Assembly (NCBI GenBank): GCA_038087875.1
Contig: JAXLNO010000440.1
Coordinates: 1 to 64,000 of the forward strand
Source of the DNA: Malacoraja senta
Taxonomy: Eukaryota
Direction of reading: 5' to 3'
DNA: 64,000 bases
In this document: positions 52,470-64,000 of the stretch, one piece after another
Position numbering within the stretch: position 1 is the stretch's first letter
Layout: every line of letters begins with the position of its first letter
The notes under the pieces: model-generated
Seen by the model: the letters and a program-made list of their open reading frames with translations, nothing else
Database searches by the model: none
What the model was told of the DNA's origin: nothing
Position numbers and translations under genes: made by a program

Positions 52470-55336
52470 AAAGTATTGAATTTGAATGCGCGAAGTATAA
52501 GAAGTAAATTAGATGAGCTTGCGGCTCAGTTAGAGGTTGGTAGATATGACATTGTGGGGATTACTGAGACGTGGCTGCAGGAGGATCGGGCCTGGGAACT
52601 TAATATTCAGGGTTATACATCCTATAGAAAGGACAGGCAGGTGGGCAGAGGAGGGGGTAGCTCTGCTGTTGAGGAAGGGAATTCAGTCCCTTACGAGGGA
52701 AGACATAGGGACTGATGAGCTAGAGTCACTGTGGATTGAGTTGAGGAATTGTAAAGGCAAGAAGACACTAATTGGTGTTATTTACAGACCCCCAAATATT
52801 AGCCGGATGTAGGGTGTAAGTTGCAGTAGGAGTTAAAACTGGCAGGTAACAGAGGTAATGCCATTATGGTGATGGGGGATTTCAATATTCAGGTAGACTG
52901 GGGAAATCAGGTTGGTTCAGGACCCCAAGAAAGAGAGTTTGTAGAATGCCTCCGAGATGGATTCTTACAGTAGCTTGTAATGGAGCCGACCAGAGAAAAG
53001 GCAATTCTGGATTTAGTGTTGTCCAATAAACCAGATATGATAAGAGAACTCGAGGTAAAGGAACCGCTTGGAGGTAGTGATCATAATATGATTAGTTGTA
53101 ATCTGCAATTTGAGAAGGAGAACGTTAAATCGGAAGTGGCAGCGACGCAGTTGAACAAAGGGGACTATGAAGGCATGAGAGGGGAGCTGGCCAAAGTAGA
53201 CTGGAAAGGGATCCTAGCAGGAATGACGGTGGAACAGCAATGGCAGGAATTTCTGGGCATAATCCGGGAGACGCAGGATCATTACATTCCAAAAAGGAAG
53301 AAAGATTCTAAGGGGAGTAGGAGGCAACCGTGGCTGACAAGAGAAGTTAGGGATAGAATAAAACTAAAAGAAAAGATGTATAACACAGCAAAGAAGTAGC
53401 CGGAAGCCAGAGGACTGGGAAACTTTCATAGGACAACAGAAGGAAACAAAACGGGCAATACGGGCTGAAAAGATGAAGTACGAGGGGAAGCTGGCCAGGA
53501 ATATAAAGAAGACAGTTATAGCTTCTTTAGAAATGTTAAGGGAAAAAGAGTAGCAAAGTCAAATGTGGGTCCCTTGAAGGCAGACACGGGTGAAATTATA
53601 ATGGCCAACAAGGAAATGGCAGAAGAGTTGAATAGGTACTTCGGATCTGTCTTCACTGAGGAAGACACAAACAATCTCCCAGATGTACTGGAGGACAGAG
53701 GATCTAAGGGGTAGAGGAACGCAAAGAAATTGTCATTAGGCGGGATATAGTATTGGGTAAGCTAATGGGACTGAAGGATGATAAATCCCCTGGGCCTGAT
53801 GGTCTGCATACCAGGGTCCTCATGGAGGTGGCTCTAGAAATAGTGGACGCATTGGTGATCATTTTCAAATGTTCAATTGATTCGGGATCAGTTCCTGTGG
53901 ATTGGAGAATAGCTAATGTTATCCCACTTTTCAAGAAAGGAGCGAGAGAGAAAACGGGGAATTACAGACCACTTAGCCTGACTTTGGTGGTGGGAAAGAT
54001 GCTGGAGTCAATTATTAAAGAGGTAATAATGGGGCATTTGGATAGCAGTAAAAGGATTAGTCCAAGTCAACACGGATTTATGAAAGGGAAATCATGCTTG
54101 ACTAATCTTCTGGAATTTTTTGAGGATGTGACAAGTAAGATGGATGAAGGGGAGCCAGTGGATGTAGTGTATCTAGACTTTCAGAAACCTTTTGATAAAG
54201 TCCCACATGGAGACTGGTGACTAAAATTAGAGCACACGGTATTGGGGGTAGGGTGTTGACAGGGATAGAAAATTGGTTGGCAGACCGGAAGCAAATAGTG
54301 GGAGTGAACGGGTCCTTTTCAGAATGGCAGGCAGTGGCGAGTGGAGTGTCGCAAGGCTCGGTGTTGGGCCCGCAACTGTTTACCATATATATTAATGATT
54401 TGGAAGAGGGAATTAGGAGCAACACGAGCAAGTTGAGGATGACACAAAGCTGGGTGGCAGTGTGAACTGTGAAGAGGATTGTTAGGAGGTTGTAGGGTGA
54501 CCTGGACAGGTTGAGTGAGTGGGCAGATGGGTGGCAGATGCAGTATAATATAGATAAATGTGAGGTTATCCACTTTGGCAGCAAAAACAGAGGGGCAGAT
54601 TATTATCTCAATTGGGTTAGGTTAGGTAAGGGGGAGGTACAGCGAGACCTGGTGTCCTTGTACACCGGTCACTGAAAGTTGGCGTGCAGGTACAGCAGGC
54701 AGTGAAAAAAGCTAATGGAATGTTGCCTTCATAACAAGAGGATTTCAGTATAGGAGTAAAGAGGTTCTTCTGCAGTTGTATAGGGCTCTGGTGAGACCAC
54801 ATCTGGAGTATTGTGTACAGTTTTGTTCTCCTAATTTGAGGAAGGACATCCTTGTGATTGAGGCAGTGTAGCGTAGGTTCACGAGATTGAACCCTGGGAT
54901 GGCGGGACTGTCATATGAGGAATGATTGAAAAGACTAGGCTTGTATTCACTGGAGTTTAGAAGGATAAGGGGGGGAGGGTTCTTATAGAAACATATAAAA
55001 TTATTAAAAGGACTGGACAAGCTAGATGCAGCAAAAATGTTCCCAATGTTGGGCGAGTCCAGAACCAGGGGCCACAGTCTTGGAATAAAGGGGAGGTCAT
55101 TTAAGATTGAGGTGAGAAAAAACTTTTCACCCAGAGTTGTGAATTTGTGGAATTCCCTGCCACAGAGGGCGGTGGAGGCCAAATCACTGGGATGGATTTA
55201 AGAGAGAGTTAGATAGAGCTCTAGGGCTAGTGGAGTCAAAGGATATGGGGAGAAGGCAGGGACGGGTTATTGATTGGGGACGATCAGCCCATGATCATAA
55301 TGAATGGCCTCCTCCTGCACCTATTTTCTATGTTTA
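52470..55336 (+). mobile_element. CR1 LINE with near-complete decayed ORF2 (EN plus RT)
   Basis: LNARSI, GITETWL, YRPP, GDFN, SDH, KSPGPDG, NYRPLSL, QHGF, QGSVLGP; many stops and frameshifts. Confidence 0.92.
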
Positions 55337-55449
55337 GAGCGACATCCCGCTCCCCGACCGCCCTGATTTGATGACGCAGTGACCACTGACCTGTGAGCTC
55401 TCACCCCCCCACACAGACCCCACACAGACCTGTGACCTCTCACCCCCCA

Positions 55450-55609
55450 CAAGACCTTGCGCTGTGACCCAGAGCGGACGCTCATCGACGACAGCCGGAC
55501 AACACCCATGGATCTGATCATCGGCAAGAAGTTCAAGCTGCCCGTGTGGGAGACGGTCATCAGCTCCATGTGTGAAGGCGAGGTAGCCGAGTTCACCTGT
55601 GACACGCGG
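55450..55609 (+). pseudogene. AIP: Degraded duplicate of AIP exon 2 in cassette D
   Basis: [53 protein letters not shown]|gtacgg. The acceptor and first codons are deleted and there is a small internal deletion relative to 4904-5083. Confidence 0.85.
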
Positions 55610-57819
55610 GTACGGAATCCCCCCGTACCCCACCTACACACACATACCACTCCTGGGGCTAGCATTGTGTTACATACGTTGAATTGTACATCACTTTCAC
55701 TGGTTAGCTGAATATACTGAACACTGCAACCCTGTATATCCCGCACACAGAATAATGTGAGTTCTTTCTGTAAATCTTACTATGCATGTCAGAAATAAAG
55801 TGTTAACCATGTTAATGGATTGCTATTATGAATTATTTAAAATTGAGTGGGTTGGTGCAACATTGGTGCCATATGCTGCTAATGTGTCGTTATCAGATAT
55901 TCAGTGTTAAAAAGAGAAATAAATCACAATAAAAGCGAAAAGATGTTCCTTCCACAGGTGCGGGGAGTCTGGCCCAGATCAGCACGGCCGAGACACCAGA
56001 GTGAAGTTGCGGGGAGGTTTACAATGTTTTTTTATTTAATGTTGTCCCTTGTCTAGTCTGAAATAAAGTTCATCATTGGATATAAAAATTGGAAGAAATG
56101 TAAATGTGTGTGTTATATGATTATATACATCTATATCACATTCATATATGTGTGTTCTTTCCAGCACAATCTAATCAGTTGTATGCTCGCTGAATAAAAC
56201 CATCCTTAATTATACATCATTTGTAAATCTTGCTCAAACAAATTTAATTTGGTGAAATACTTCAATTAGATAACCCCGCCATAACAGACAGATCTCATTC
56301 CATTCTCTGGCTATTGGGAAGACCAGACCCATTTTATTGTGAGAAACAACTCCCATAGACACAAAAACATTAAGGAACATTCCAGGCTAGAGCAACTGGA
56401 ATCTTCATATTGCTATTATTTTGCCAAATACTGCAGTTGTGAACAGTGTGATTAGATGAATGAATTACAGAGTGCAAGTGTAATACAAAATCAACTCAAA
56501 CACAGCACATGAGACATTTTAAAAGAAATGATTAAAAAACATTAAACAAGAAAATTACCAGAGTCAAAATATATAAACATTTATTCTTTAACAAGAATTA
56601 ACAGAATTATGAACTAACAGAATTATGAATCTAACCCTATATCACACACACAAACTGTTCCCCCACAACGTTGATTACACTGCGAGTCGGGTCGGGTAGG
56701 TTCCGGTTACTGAAATGGACGAACAAAATGCCCACGTTCCGCTCCGTTGCGTACTACACGTCAGCCCATTGCATTTCACAGGAGTGGCCTATCTATAGGA
56801 TCTTTGGTAGGTATCACCTGAATTTGGAGAGGTCAATGTTCATACCGCTGGGTTGCAAACTGCCCAAGCGAAATATGAGGTGCTGCTCCTCCAATTTACG
56901 GTGGGCATCACTCTGGCCATGGAGGAAGCCCAGGACAGAAAGGTAGGATTCAGAATGGGAGGGGGAGTTGATGTGTTGAGCCACCGGGAGATCAGGTTGG
57001 TTATTGCGAACCGTGTGTGCGCGTGAGTGTGTGTGAGAGTGATGTGTGTGTGAGAGAAAGTGTGTGTGAGAGAGCAAGAGAGAGAGGGTGTGTGTGCATG
57101 TGAGAGAGGGAGTGTGTGAGAGAGGGAGGAGAGGGAGTGGGTGAGAGAGGCGGAGCGAGAGAGGGAGTGTGGAGAGAGGGAGGGTGCACGAGAGGGTGGA
57201 GTGGAGAGAATTTGTGTACGAGTGGGGGAGAGGGGAGAGAGAGGAATGTATATGTGCAGCTTTAAGGGACATTGGTCAGGTAGCATTTGCAGTATTGCAT
57301 ACAGTTCTGGTCACTCCATTACAGGACTGATGTGGAGGCTTTGGGGAAGGTGCAGAGATGGTTAACCAGAATGGATTAAAAACAAGGAACTGCAGATACT
57401 GGTTTACAAAAAAGGACACAAATTGCTGGAGTAACTCAGCGGGACAGGCAGCATCTCTGGAGAGAATTGGTGATTGAAGAAATGACCCGAAACGTTACCC
57501 ATTCCTTCCAGCATTTTGTGTCTACCTAAACATCGCCTATCCACGTGACAGGCTGGAGGAGCGGGCAAAGGCTTTGCCACTGAGCGGGCAAGTGAAGGGG
57601 CGCTGCCCGATGTGGACTCGCCGGTACTCCAGCAGGTGGTCCAGGCGGGTGAAGCCCTTACCACAGAACGGGCAGGGGAAGGGACGCTCACTGCTGTGGG
57701 TTCGCCGGTGCTGCCACAGGCTGGACATGCAGGTGAAACCCTTGCCACACTCAGAGCACACAAAGGGTCTCTCTCCGGTGTGTATCCGCTGGTGCTCCCG
57801 CAGCCCCCATGCTCTCTTG

Positions 57820-58870
57820 TCACAGTGGGAGGAGCTGCTCGCCGGCGTGGGTCCGACGGTGCTGCCGCAACCCCCGCGAGCTGTCAAACTCCTCACCGCA
57901 GTACGGGCAGTCGTAGGGCTGGCCACTGGTGTGCGCGTGCTGGTGAGACAGGTCGTGGAAGGCCATGGCAAAGCGTTCCCCACGCACCGGGCTGGGGACG
58001 GGACGGTCGCCGGTGTGCACCCGCTGGTGGGACAGCAGCTTGGAGGAGCGGGTGAAGCCCTTGGCGCACTGGGCGCGTGTGTAGGGTCGCTCGCCGGTGT
58101 GGGTACGCTGGTGGGACTGCAGGTTGGTGGACTGAGTGAAGCCCTTGCCGCACTGGGTGCAGATGTAGGGACGCTCACCGGTGTGAGTGCGCTGGTGCTG
58201 CAGCAGGGTGTCGGAGCGGATGAAGCCCTTGCCACACTGGGAGCAGGTGTAGGGGCGCTCGCCGGTGCGCACCCGCTGGTGGGACAGCAGCTTGGTGGAG
58301 CAGGTGAAGCCCTTGCCGCACTGGGCACAGATCTAGGGACGTTCGCCGGTGTGGGTGCGCTGGTGCTTCAGCAGGTTGTCGGAGCGGCTGAAGCCCTTGC
58401 CGCACTGGGCGCAGATGTAGGGACGCTCGCCGGTGTGGGTTCGCTGGTGCACCAGCAGGTGACTGGACTGAGTGAAGCCCCTGCCGCAGTCCTTGCAGGT
58501 GTAGGGGCGCTCCCCGGTGTGCAGGCGCCTGTGCTGCTTCAGGTCTGGCGACGACTTGAAGCCTTTGCCGCAGTCGGAGCAGGTGAAGGGCCGCTCACTG
58601 CTGTGCACCCGCCGGTGCTGCCGTAGCCCCGTCAACTGGGCAAAGCTCATGTCGCAGGTAGAGCAGCCATAGGGCTTCTCGCCCGTGTGCACCCGCCGGT
58701 GGGTCTTCAGCACAACCGAAGATCTTGCCGCACTCCGAGCAGTCGAAGGGGCGTTCTCCAGTGTGAACCCGCCGGTGGATCTCCAGCTCGCTCGGGTACT
58801 GCCAGGCCTTGCCACACACGTCGCACTCATAACGCTTCTCCTTGTTGTGCCCCGTCATGGGGTCCTCCAT
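57820..58870 (-). pseudogene. Tandem C2H2 zinc-finger gene, copy D, disrupted (~12 finger units)
   Basis: Frameshifting deletion in finger 2 (~58715), in-frame TAG at 58333-58335 and Cys>Arg substitutions (YTRAQC, SPVRG). Confidence 0.85.
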
Positions 58871-60337
58871 CGAAGCGCAGCCCCTCTAAGCTCAGTCGCA
58901 CACCGAGCAGATGGGGGGTGGGGGGGTCTCACCGGCACCCTGGCCACCCTCAATGGCTGCTCACGTCCACAGCAACGGCTCCTAAACCCTGCTGGAGGGG
59001 AACACAGAGGGTCAACAAGCTGGCAAACAGGACATTACGAGCACATATTGGGTGCGTTTATGGTGGAGGAAACCGTTCAAAGACGTTCGGGGCTGTAGAT
59101 TAATCGGCCTCTACAAAATTGTTAAATTGTCCCTGATGTGTGTAGGATACTGCTAGTGTACGGGATGATCGCTGGTCGGCGCGGACTCCGTGGGCCCAAA
59201 GACCTGTTTCCGCGCTGCATCTCTAAACTAAACTAAAGGGTCTCGACTCAAAATGTCACCCCAGCACATTCTCTCTGTCGATCTCTCTCTCTCTGTCCCC
59301 CCTCTCTCTTTTCCTCTCTCTCTCCCTCTCTGTCCTTCTCTCATTCTCTGTCCCACTCTCTCTTTGTCTCTCTGTCCCCCCCCTCTCTCTCTCTGTCCCC
59401 CTTTCTCCATCTCTCTCTCAGCCCCCCTCTCTCTGTGGGTCTCTCTCTCTCTCTGTCCCTCTCTCTCTCTCTGTCCCTCTCTCTCTCTCTGTCCCTCGCT
59501 CTTACTCTGTCTCTCTGTCCCTCTGCCTCTCTCTCTCTGTCCCTCTCTCAATCTCTCACTCTCTATCTCTGTCCCGTCTCTCTCTAGCTCTCTCTCTCTC
59601 TCTATGTCTGTCCCTCTCTCTGTCTCTCTCTCTCTCGCTTTTTCCCTCAACATATCTAAAGAAGCTTTTACTGTCCTTCTTTATATTCCTGGCCAGCTTC
59701 CCTTCGTACTTCATCTTTTCAGCCCGTATTGCCCGTTTTGTTTCCTATAAAAGTTTCCCAATCCTCTGTCCCCACCTCAATGAGTTCCGCGCCCGCCACG
59801 ATGTGGAGCTCTTCTTCCATCGCCTCCGCCTCACACCGTTCTTCCATGGGAAGGAGTCCCCGCCCCCATTGATGATCCCTTTACCCGTCTCCAACGGACC
59901 CTCTCCTCTTGGACCCCCCCCCCCTCATGGCCATTGGTACAATGAAATTTGGGGGTCACCAACCGACGTCGGAACGGGAGAACATTCTCAGCGGCTTGGA
60001 AATTCCGAATCGGCCACTTCCTACCGGAGACCGCGGCTCCCAAAATCCACAGGCTGAGCTGGGTGGAGATTCACGCTGGCGGCCCTCGGCAAAGGGACCC
60101 CAGGGCTCCGCAATGTTGAAATCAGCGCGGCCCGAGGCTGGGAGCTCCGCAAACCACAGCTGCATGATGTTGAAGCAGCAGGCCCAACACTCCAGAGCTT
60201 CAAACGGCGTTCCAGGTAAGGCATCACCTGCTCCGCGATGAACCCAATATTTATTTTAAAACCAACTGTTTAATGACAACATACAGTAGGATCTAAAAGT
60301 GTCACACTGTCACTGTCGGGTAGTCATGGTCCTCAAA

Positions 60338-61862
60338 TGGAGCAGCAGGACACCAGACACCAGTGGCAGGGGCTACGGACTGTAACCAACTACCCCCTCA
60401 ACCGGAAGTGCCGGCACCTCCCTAGCTGATGACCTGAACTCCTTCTAAGCTCGTTTCGAGTCGGGCAACATCACCTCAGGTTTGCCGACTATCGACAACA
60501 CCGCCAGCGTGCTGGCTAACGAAGCTGAAGGGAGGAATGTGCACACATTCTTATTGTCCGAGCACGATGTGAAGAGGGCTCTGACACGGGTGAACAAGGG
60601 GAAAGCTGTAGGCCCAGATGGCATCTCGGGGCGGGTACTTAAGTCCTGTGCTGCGCAGCTAGCTACGCAGAAGCTCATTACAATATTCAACCTCTCCCTG
60701 GCCAAGTCCGTGGTCCCTGCTTGTTTCAAAAGATCCATCATTGTACCTGTACCTAAAAATGCCTCCCCAGCCTGTCTGAATGACTACCGTCTGGTGGCAC
60801 TCACATCGGTAGTCATGGAATGCTTTGAGAGGCTAGTCAAGAAACACATCTGCGCCTTCCTCCCTCACATGGACCCGTTACAATTCGCATACCGTCCGAA
60901 CAGATCCACGGACGATGCGCTCTCCCAGGTTCTGCACACCGCTCTCTCTCACCTTGACAGCCAGAAGGGGACTACGTGAGGATGCTGTTCATAGACTTCA
61001 GTTCAGCCTTCAACACGATAGTCCCCACCAGACTGGCCGAGAAGCTGCTGGAATTAGGGCTCAACACCCCTGTGTGCCTGGGTCCTGGACTTTCTCACCG
61101 CAAGGCCCCAGGTAGTCAAGATGGGGGGAAATATATCAAAGTCCCTCATCGTTAGCACAGGATCCCCCCAGGGTTACGTCCTCAGCCCCCTACTGTACTC
61201 ACTGTACACACATGACTGTGTGGCTAGGTTCAGCACCAACTCGATAATCAAGTTTGCTGATGACACTGTGGTGGTGGGCCAGATCACTGAAAATAATGAG
61301 AAGGCCTACCGGGAGGTGGTGGCTGATCTGGCGCTGGTGTCAGAACAACAGCCTCCTCTTGAATATCAAAAAAACGAAGGAGCTGATCGTGGACTTTAGG
61401 AGGGCACATCATCCGAGGACGTACACACCATTGAGGATAAATGGGGACACTGTGGATAGCGTGAGCTGTTTTAAATACCTGGGAGTCCACATCTCTGAGG
61501 ATATGACATGGACATCACACGCTGCAGCACTGGTGAGTAAGGCAAGGCAGCGCCTTTACCACCTCAGGCAATTGAGGAAATTCAGAGTGTCTCTGAGGAT
61601 CCTCCAGTGCTTCTACTCAGCGGCTGTGGAAAGCATATTGTCCGGAAATATCACGATTTGGTTTGGGAACTGTTCTGCCCAGGACAAGAAGGCTCTGCAG
61701 AGGGTAGTGCGTTCGGCCGACCGCACTATGGGAACTACACTCGCCCCCCTGCAGGAACTATACATCAGGACGTTCAACTCCAGAACCAACAAGATCATGG
61801 GAGACCCCTTCCACCCCTGCCACGGACTGTTCCAGCTGCTACGGTCAGGCAAACGCCTCCAT
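60338..61862 (+). mobile_element. Rex1/Babar LINE RT, decayed (cassette D)
   Basis: Same motifs; direct paralog of 41985-43503. Confidence 0.88.
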
Positions 61863-62219
61863 TTAACCATATAACAATTACAGCACGGAAACAGACCATC
61901 TCGGCCCTTCTAGTCCGTGCCGAACACGTATTCTCCCCTAGTCCCATCTACCTGCACTCAGACCATAACCCTCCATTCCTTTCCCGTCCATATACCTATC
62001 TAATTCATTTTTAAATGATAAAATCGAACCTGCACCCACCACTTCCACTGGGAGCTCATTCCACACAGCTACCATTCTCTGAGTAAAGAGGTCCCCCCTC
62101 ATGTTACCCCTAAACTTCTGTCCCTTAATTCTCAAATCATGTCCTCTTGTTTGAATCTTCCCTACTACTCTCAATGGAAAAAGCTTATCCACGTCAACTC
62201 TGGCTATCCCTCTCATCAT

Positions 62220-63775
62220 TTTATTATTTAAATCTTTTTATTTGAATTTCACAGCAATTTGCATACATACTATGATAACAGACAGTGACAGTCAAGGCAT
62301 AATTGTGCAACAGTATGTAAGTGACCCTCAAAGCCCTTACCCTTACCCACCTTCAACCGACCCAAATCAGGTAGGAACCAAACGGGGACAAACAAACACT
62401 CACATACGTACACATCCACACAAATATGCTAAGATAAACAAAACAAAAAGTGCTTAAAAAAAAAAAAAATTTAAATTAAAAAAATTGGGGTCACTAATAA
62501 CAGTCAATAAGTAAGTAATTAAATAAATAAGTGTGGGGAGGGGGGGTTAAGGGGAGAGCAGCTACAGTAGAGCAAAACAATGGTGGAGAATACTCAGTCC
62601 TCTTCCGAGTCCGGGGACAAGTTGAGATAGTTAACAAGTTCCAAGAAAGGTTTCCATGTATCTAGGAATGTCTTGGTAGAGCCTTTGAGAGAGAACCTAA
62701 GTTTTTCAAGCTTTAAATTGTAAAGCACCTCCTTAATCCAATGGGCGTGTGTCGGGGGACAGGTGAGCCTCCAGTTAAGCAAGATCAGTCTACGGGCTAA
62801 CAAGGTTGTAAAAGCTAGGACCCGTTTCACCGCAACAGAGAGGTTGGTGTTGGGAGGGGTACCGAAAATGGCTGACATTGGGTTTGGAGGAATAGTCTGG
62901 CCGTAAGCTCTGCTTATCAAGTCGAAAGCGCTCCTCCAAAAGGCTGCTAGCTTAGAGCAAGACCAAAACATATGGCTATGGTTGGCAGGGGATTGATTAC
63001 ATCTGTTGCAGGTGTCCCTAACAGCGGGGTACATTATAGATAATCTTGCATTTGTGTAGTGGACTTTGTGAAGGACTTTGCATTGGATTAGGCCATGACG
63101 GGCACATATGGAGGAAAAATGGATCAAATCCAAGGCAGAGTCCCATTGCTGGTCTGCTAGTTTCGTATTCAGCTCATCCTCCCACGCAGCTTTTAATGAG
63201 GTATGAGATTTCAATATAACCGACCCTAGCAAGTTATACAAAATAGAGATGCATTTCTTCCGGTTGGGCTCTAGAGCTAAGATGGTATCGGTCAGGGTTT
63301 CAGGGGGGCGATTTGGGAAATGGGGGAATGTCTTCTTCACAAAATCCCAAATCTGGAAAAAAAGATAAAGGTGGGAGTTTGGGAGGCTATAGTTGGACGA
63401 AAGCTCCGCAAAGGACGAAAAGATGCCATCCTTGTATAGGTTTTTGATACTACTGATACCGTTGCTATGCCAGGTTTTGAATGCGTGGTCTGTACTTGAA
63501 GGTTTAAAGACGTGATTTTTAAGCAGTGGGGTCAAGATGGAAGGGCCTTGTAAACTAAAGTTTTTCCTGAATTGACTCCATTTCTTGAGCGGGAAGGACG
63601 CAATTGGGCCTGCACCCACAGATGTTATAGGAAGGGGAAGTTGGGAGCATAGAACAGACCGCAACGGGAGACGTGAACTCGCCTTTTCCATGTGTACCCA
63701 GGTCGGTAGGTGTTCGCAATCATCATTCATCCAATACAAGAGTTTTTGCAAGTTACCTGCCCAATAGTATCGCCT
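62220..63775 (-). mobile_element. 5'-truncated L1-clade LINE of a different family (ORF2 C-terminus plus 3' UTR)
   Basis: ORF 62594..63802 YYWA...LIQCKVLH...CNRC...HMFWSC; AATAAA and tail at ~62220-62243; inserted into the CR1 fragment that ends cassette D. Confidence 0.85.
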
Positions 63776-63799
63776 AGTCAGGAAGTGCCAAACCGCCGT

Positions 63800-64000
63800 C
63801 ACTCTTAGTAATAAGGTGGATGAGTTATTACTCTTAGTAATAAGGTGGATTCGTAATAAGGTGGATGAGTTGAATGTGCAGATAGCTATTAATGACTATG
63901 ATATAGTTGGGATCACGGAGACATGGCTCCAGGGTGACCAAGGCTGGGAGCTGAACATCCAGGGATATTCAATATTCAGGAGGGATAGACAGAAAGGGAA
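63800..64000 (+). mobile_element. CR1 endonuclease fragment with short tandem duplications at its start
   Basis: RNKVDEL...YDIVGITETWL; 'gtaataaggtggat' occurs three times. Confidence 0.8.

Larger units (their letters stand above)
54890..62222 (-). repeat. Segmental duplication cassette D
   Basis: Direct paralog of C over ~55930-62222 and inverted paralog of A. Confidence 0.92.

Overview
Repeat-dense vertebrate genomic DNA, most likely a cartilaginous fish (inferred from the V-SINE/HE1-like SINEs and abundant CR1, Rex1, Penelope and fish-type L1 elements). The window is built from four copies of a segmentally duplicated cassette oriented + + - - (A ~1-5.6 kb, B ~25.0-30.5 kb, C ~37.1-44.0 kb, D ~54.9-62.2 kb). 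Each cassette carries a tandem C2H2 zinc-finger gene with conserved end fingers and a highly variable middle array. A CpG-rich promoter at 22.1-22.75 kb appears to serve both a + strand non-coding exon (probably of the ZNF gene) and exon 1 of an AIP-like gene on the - strand, whose 180-nt exon 2 lies at 4904-5083. The promoter abuts a ~7.2-kb satellite of about 100 units of 71/74 bp derived from a short CR1 ORF2 segment. There are also two full-length L1s (one nearly intact with TSDs, one at the inversion junction), a foldback MITE, and Penelope-type palindromic elements with hammerhead-like cores. All assignments come from reading the sequence and recalled family motifs; no searches were run.
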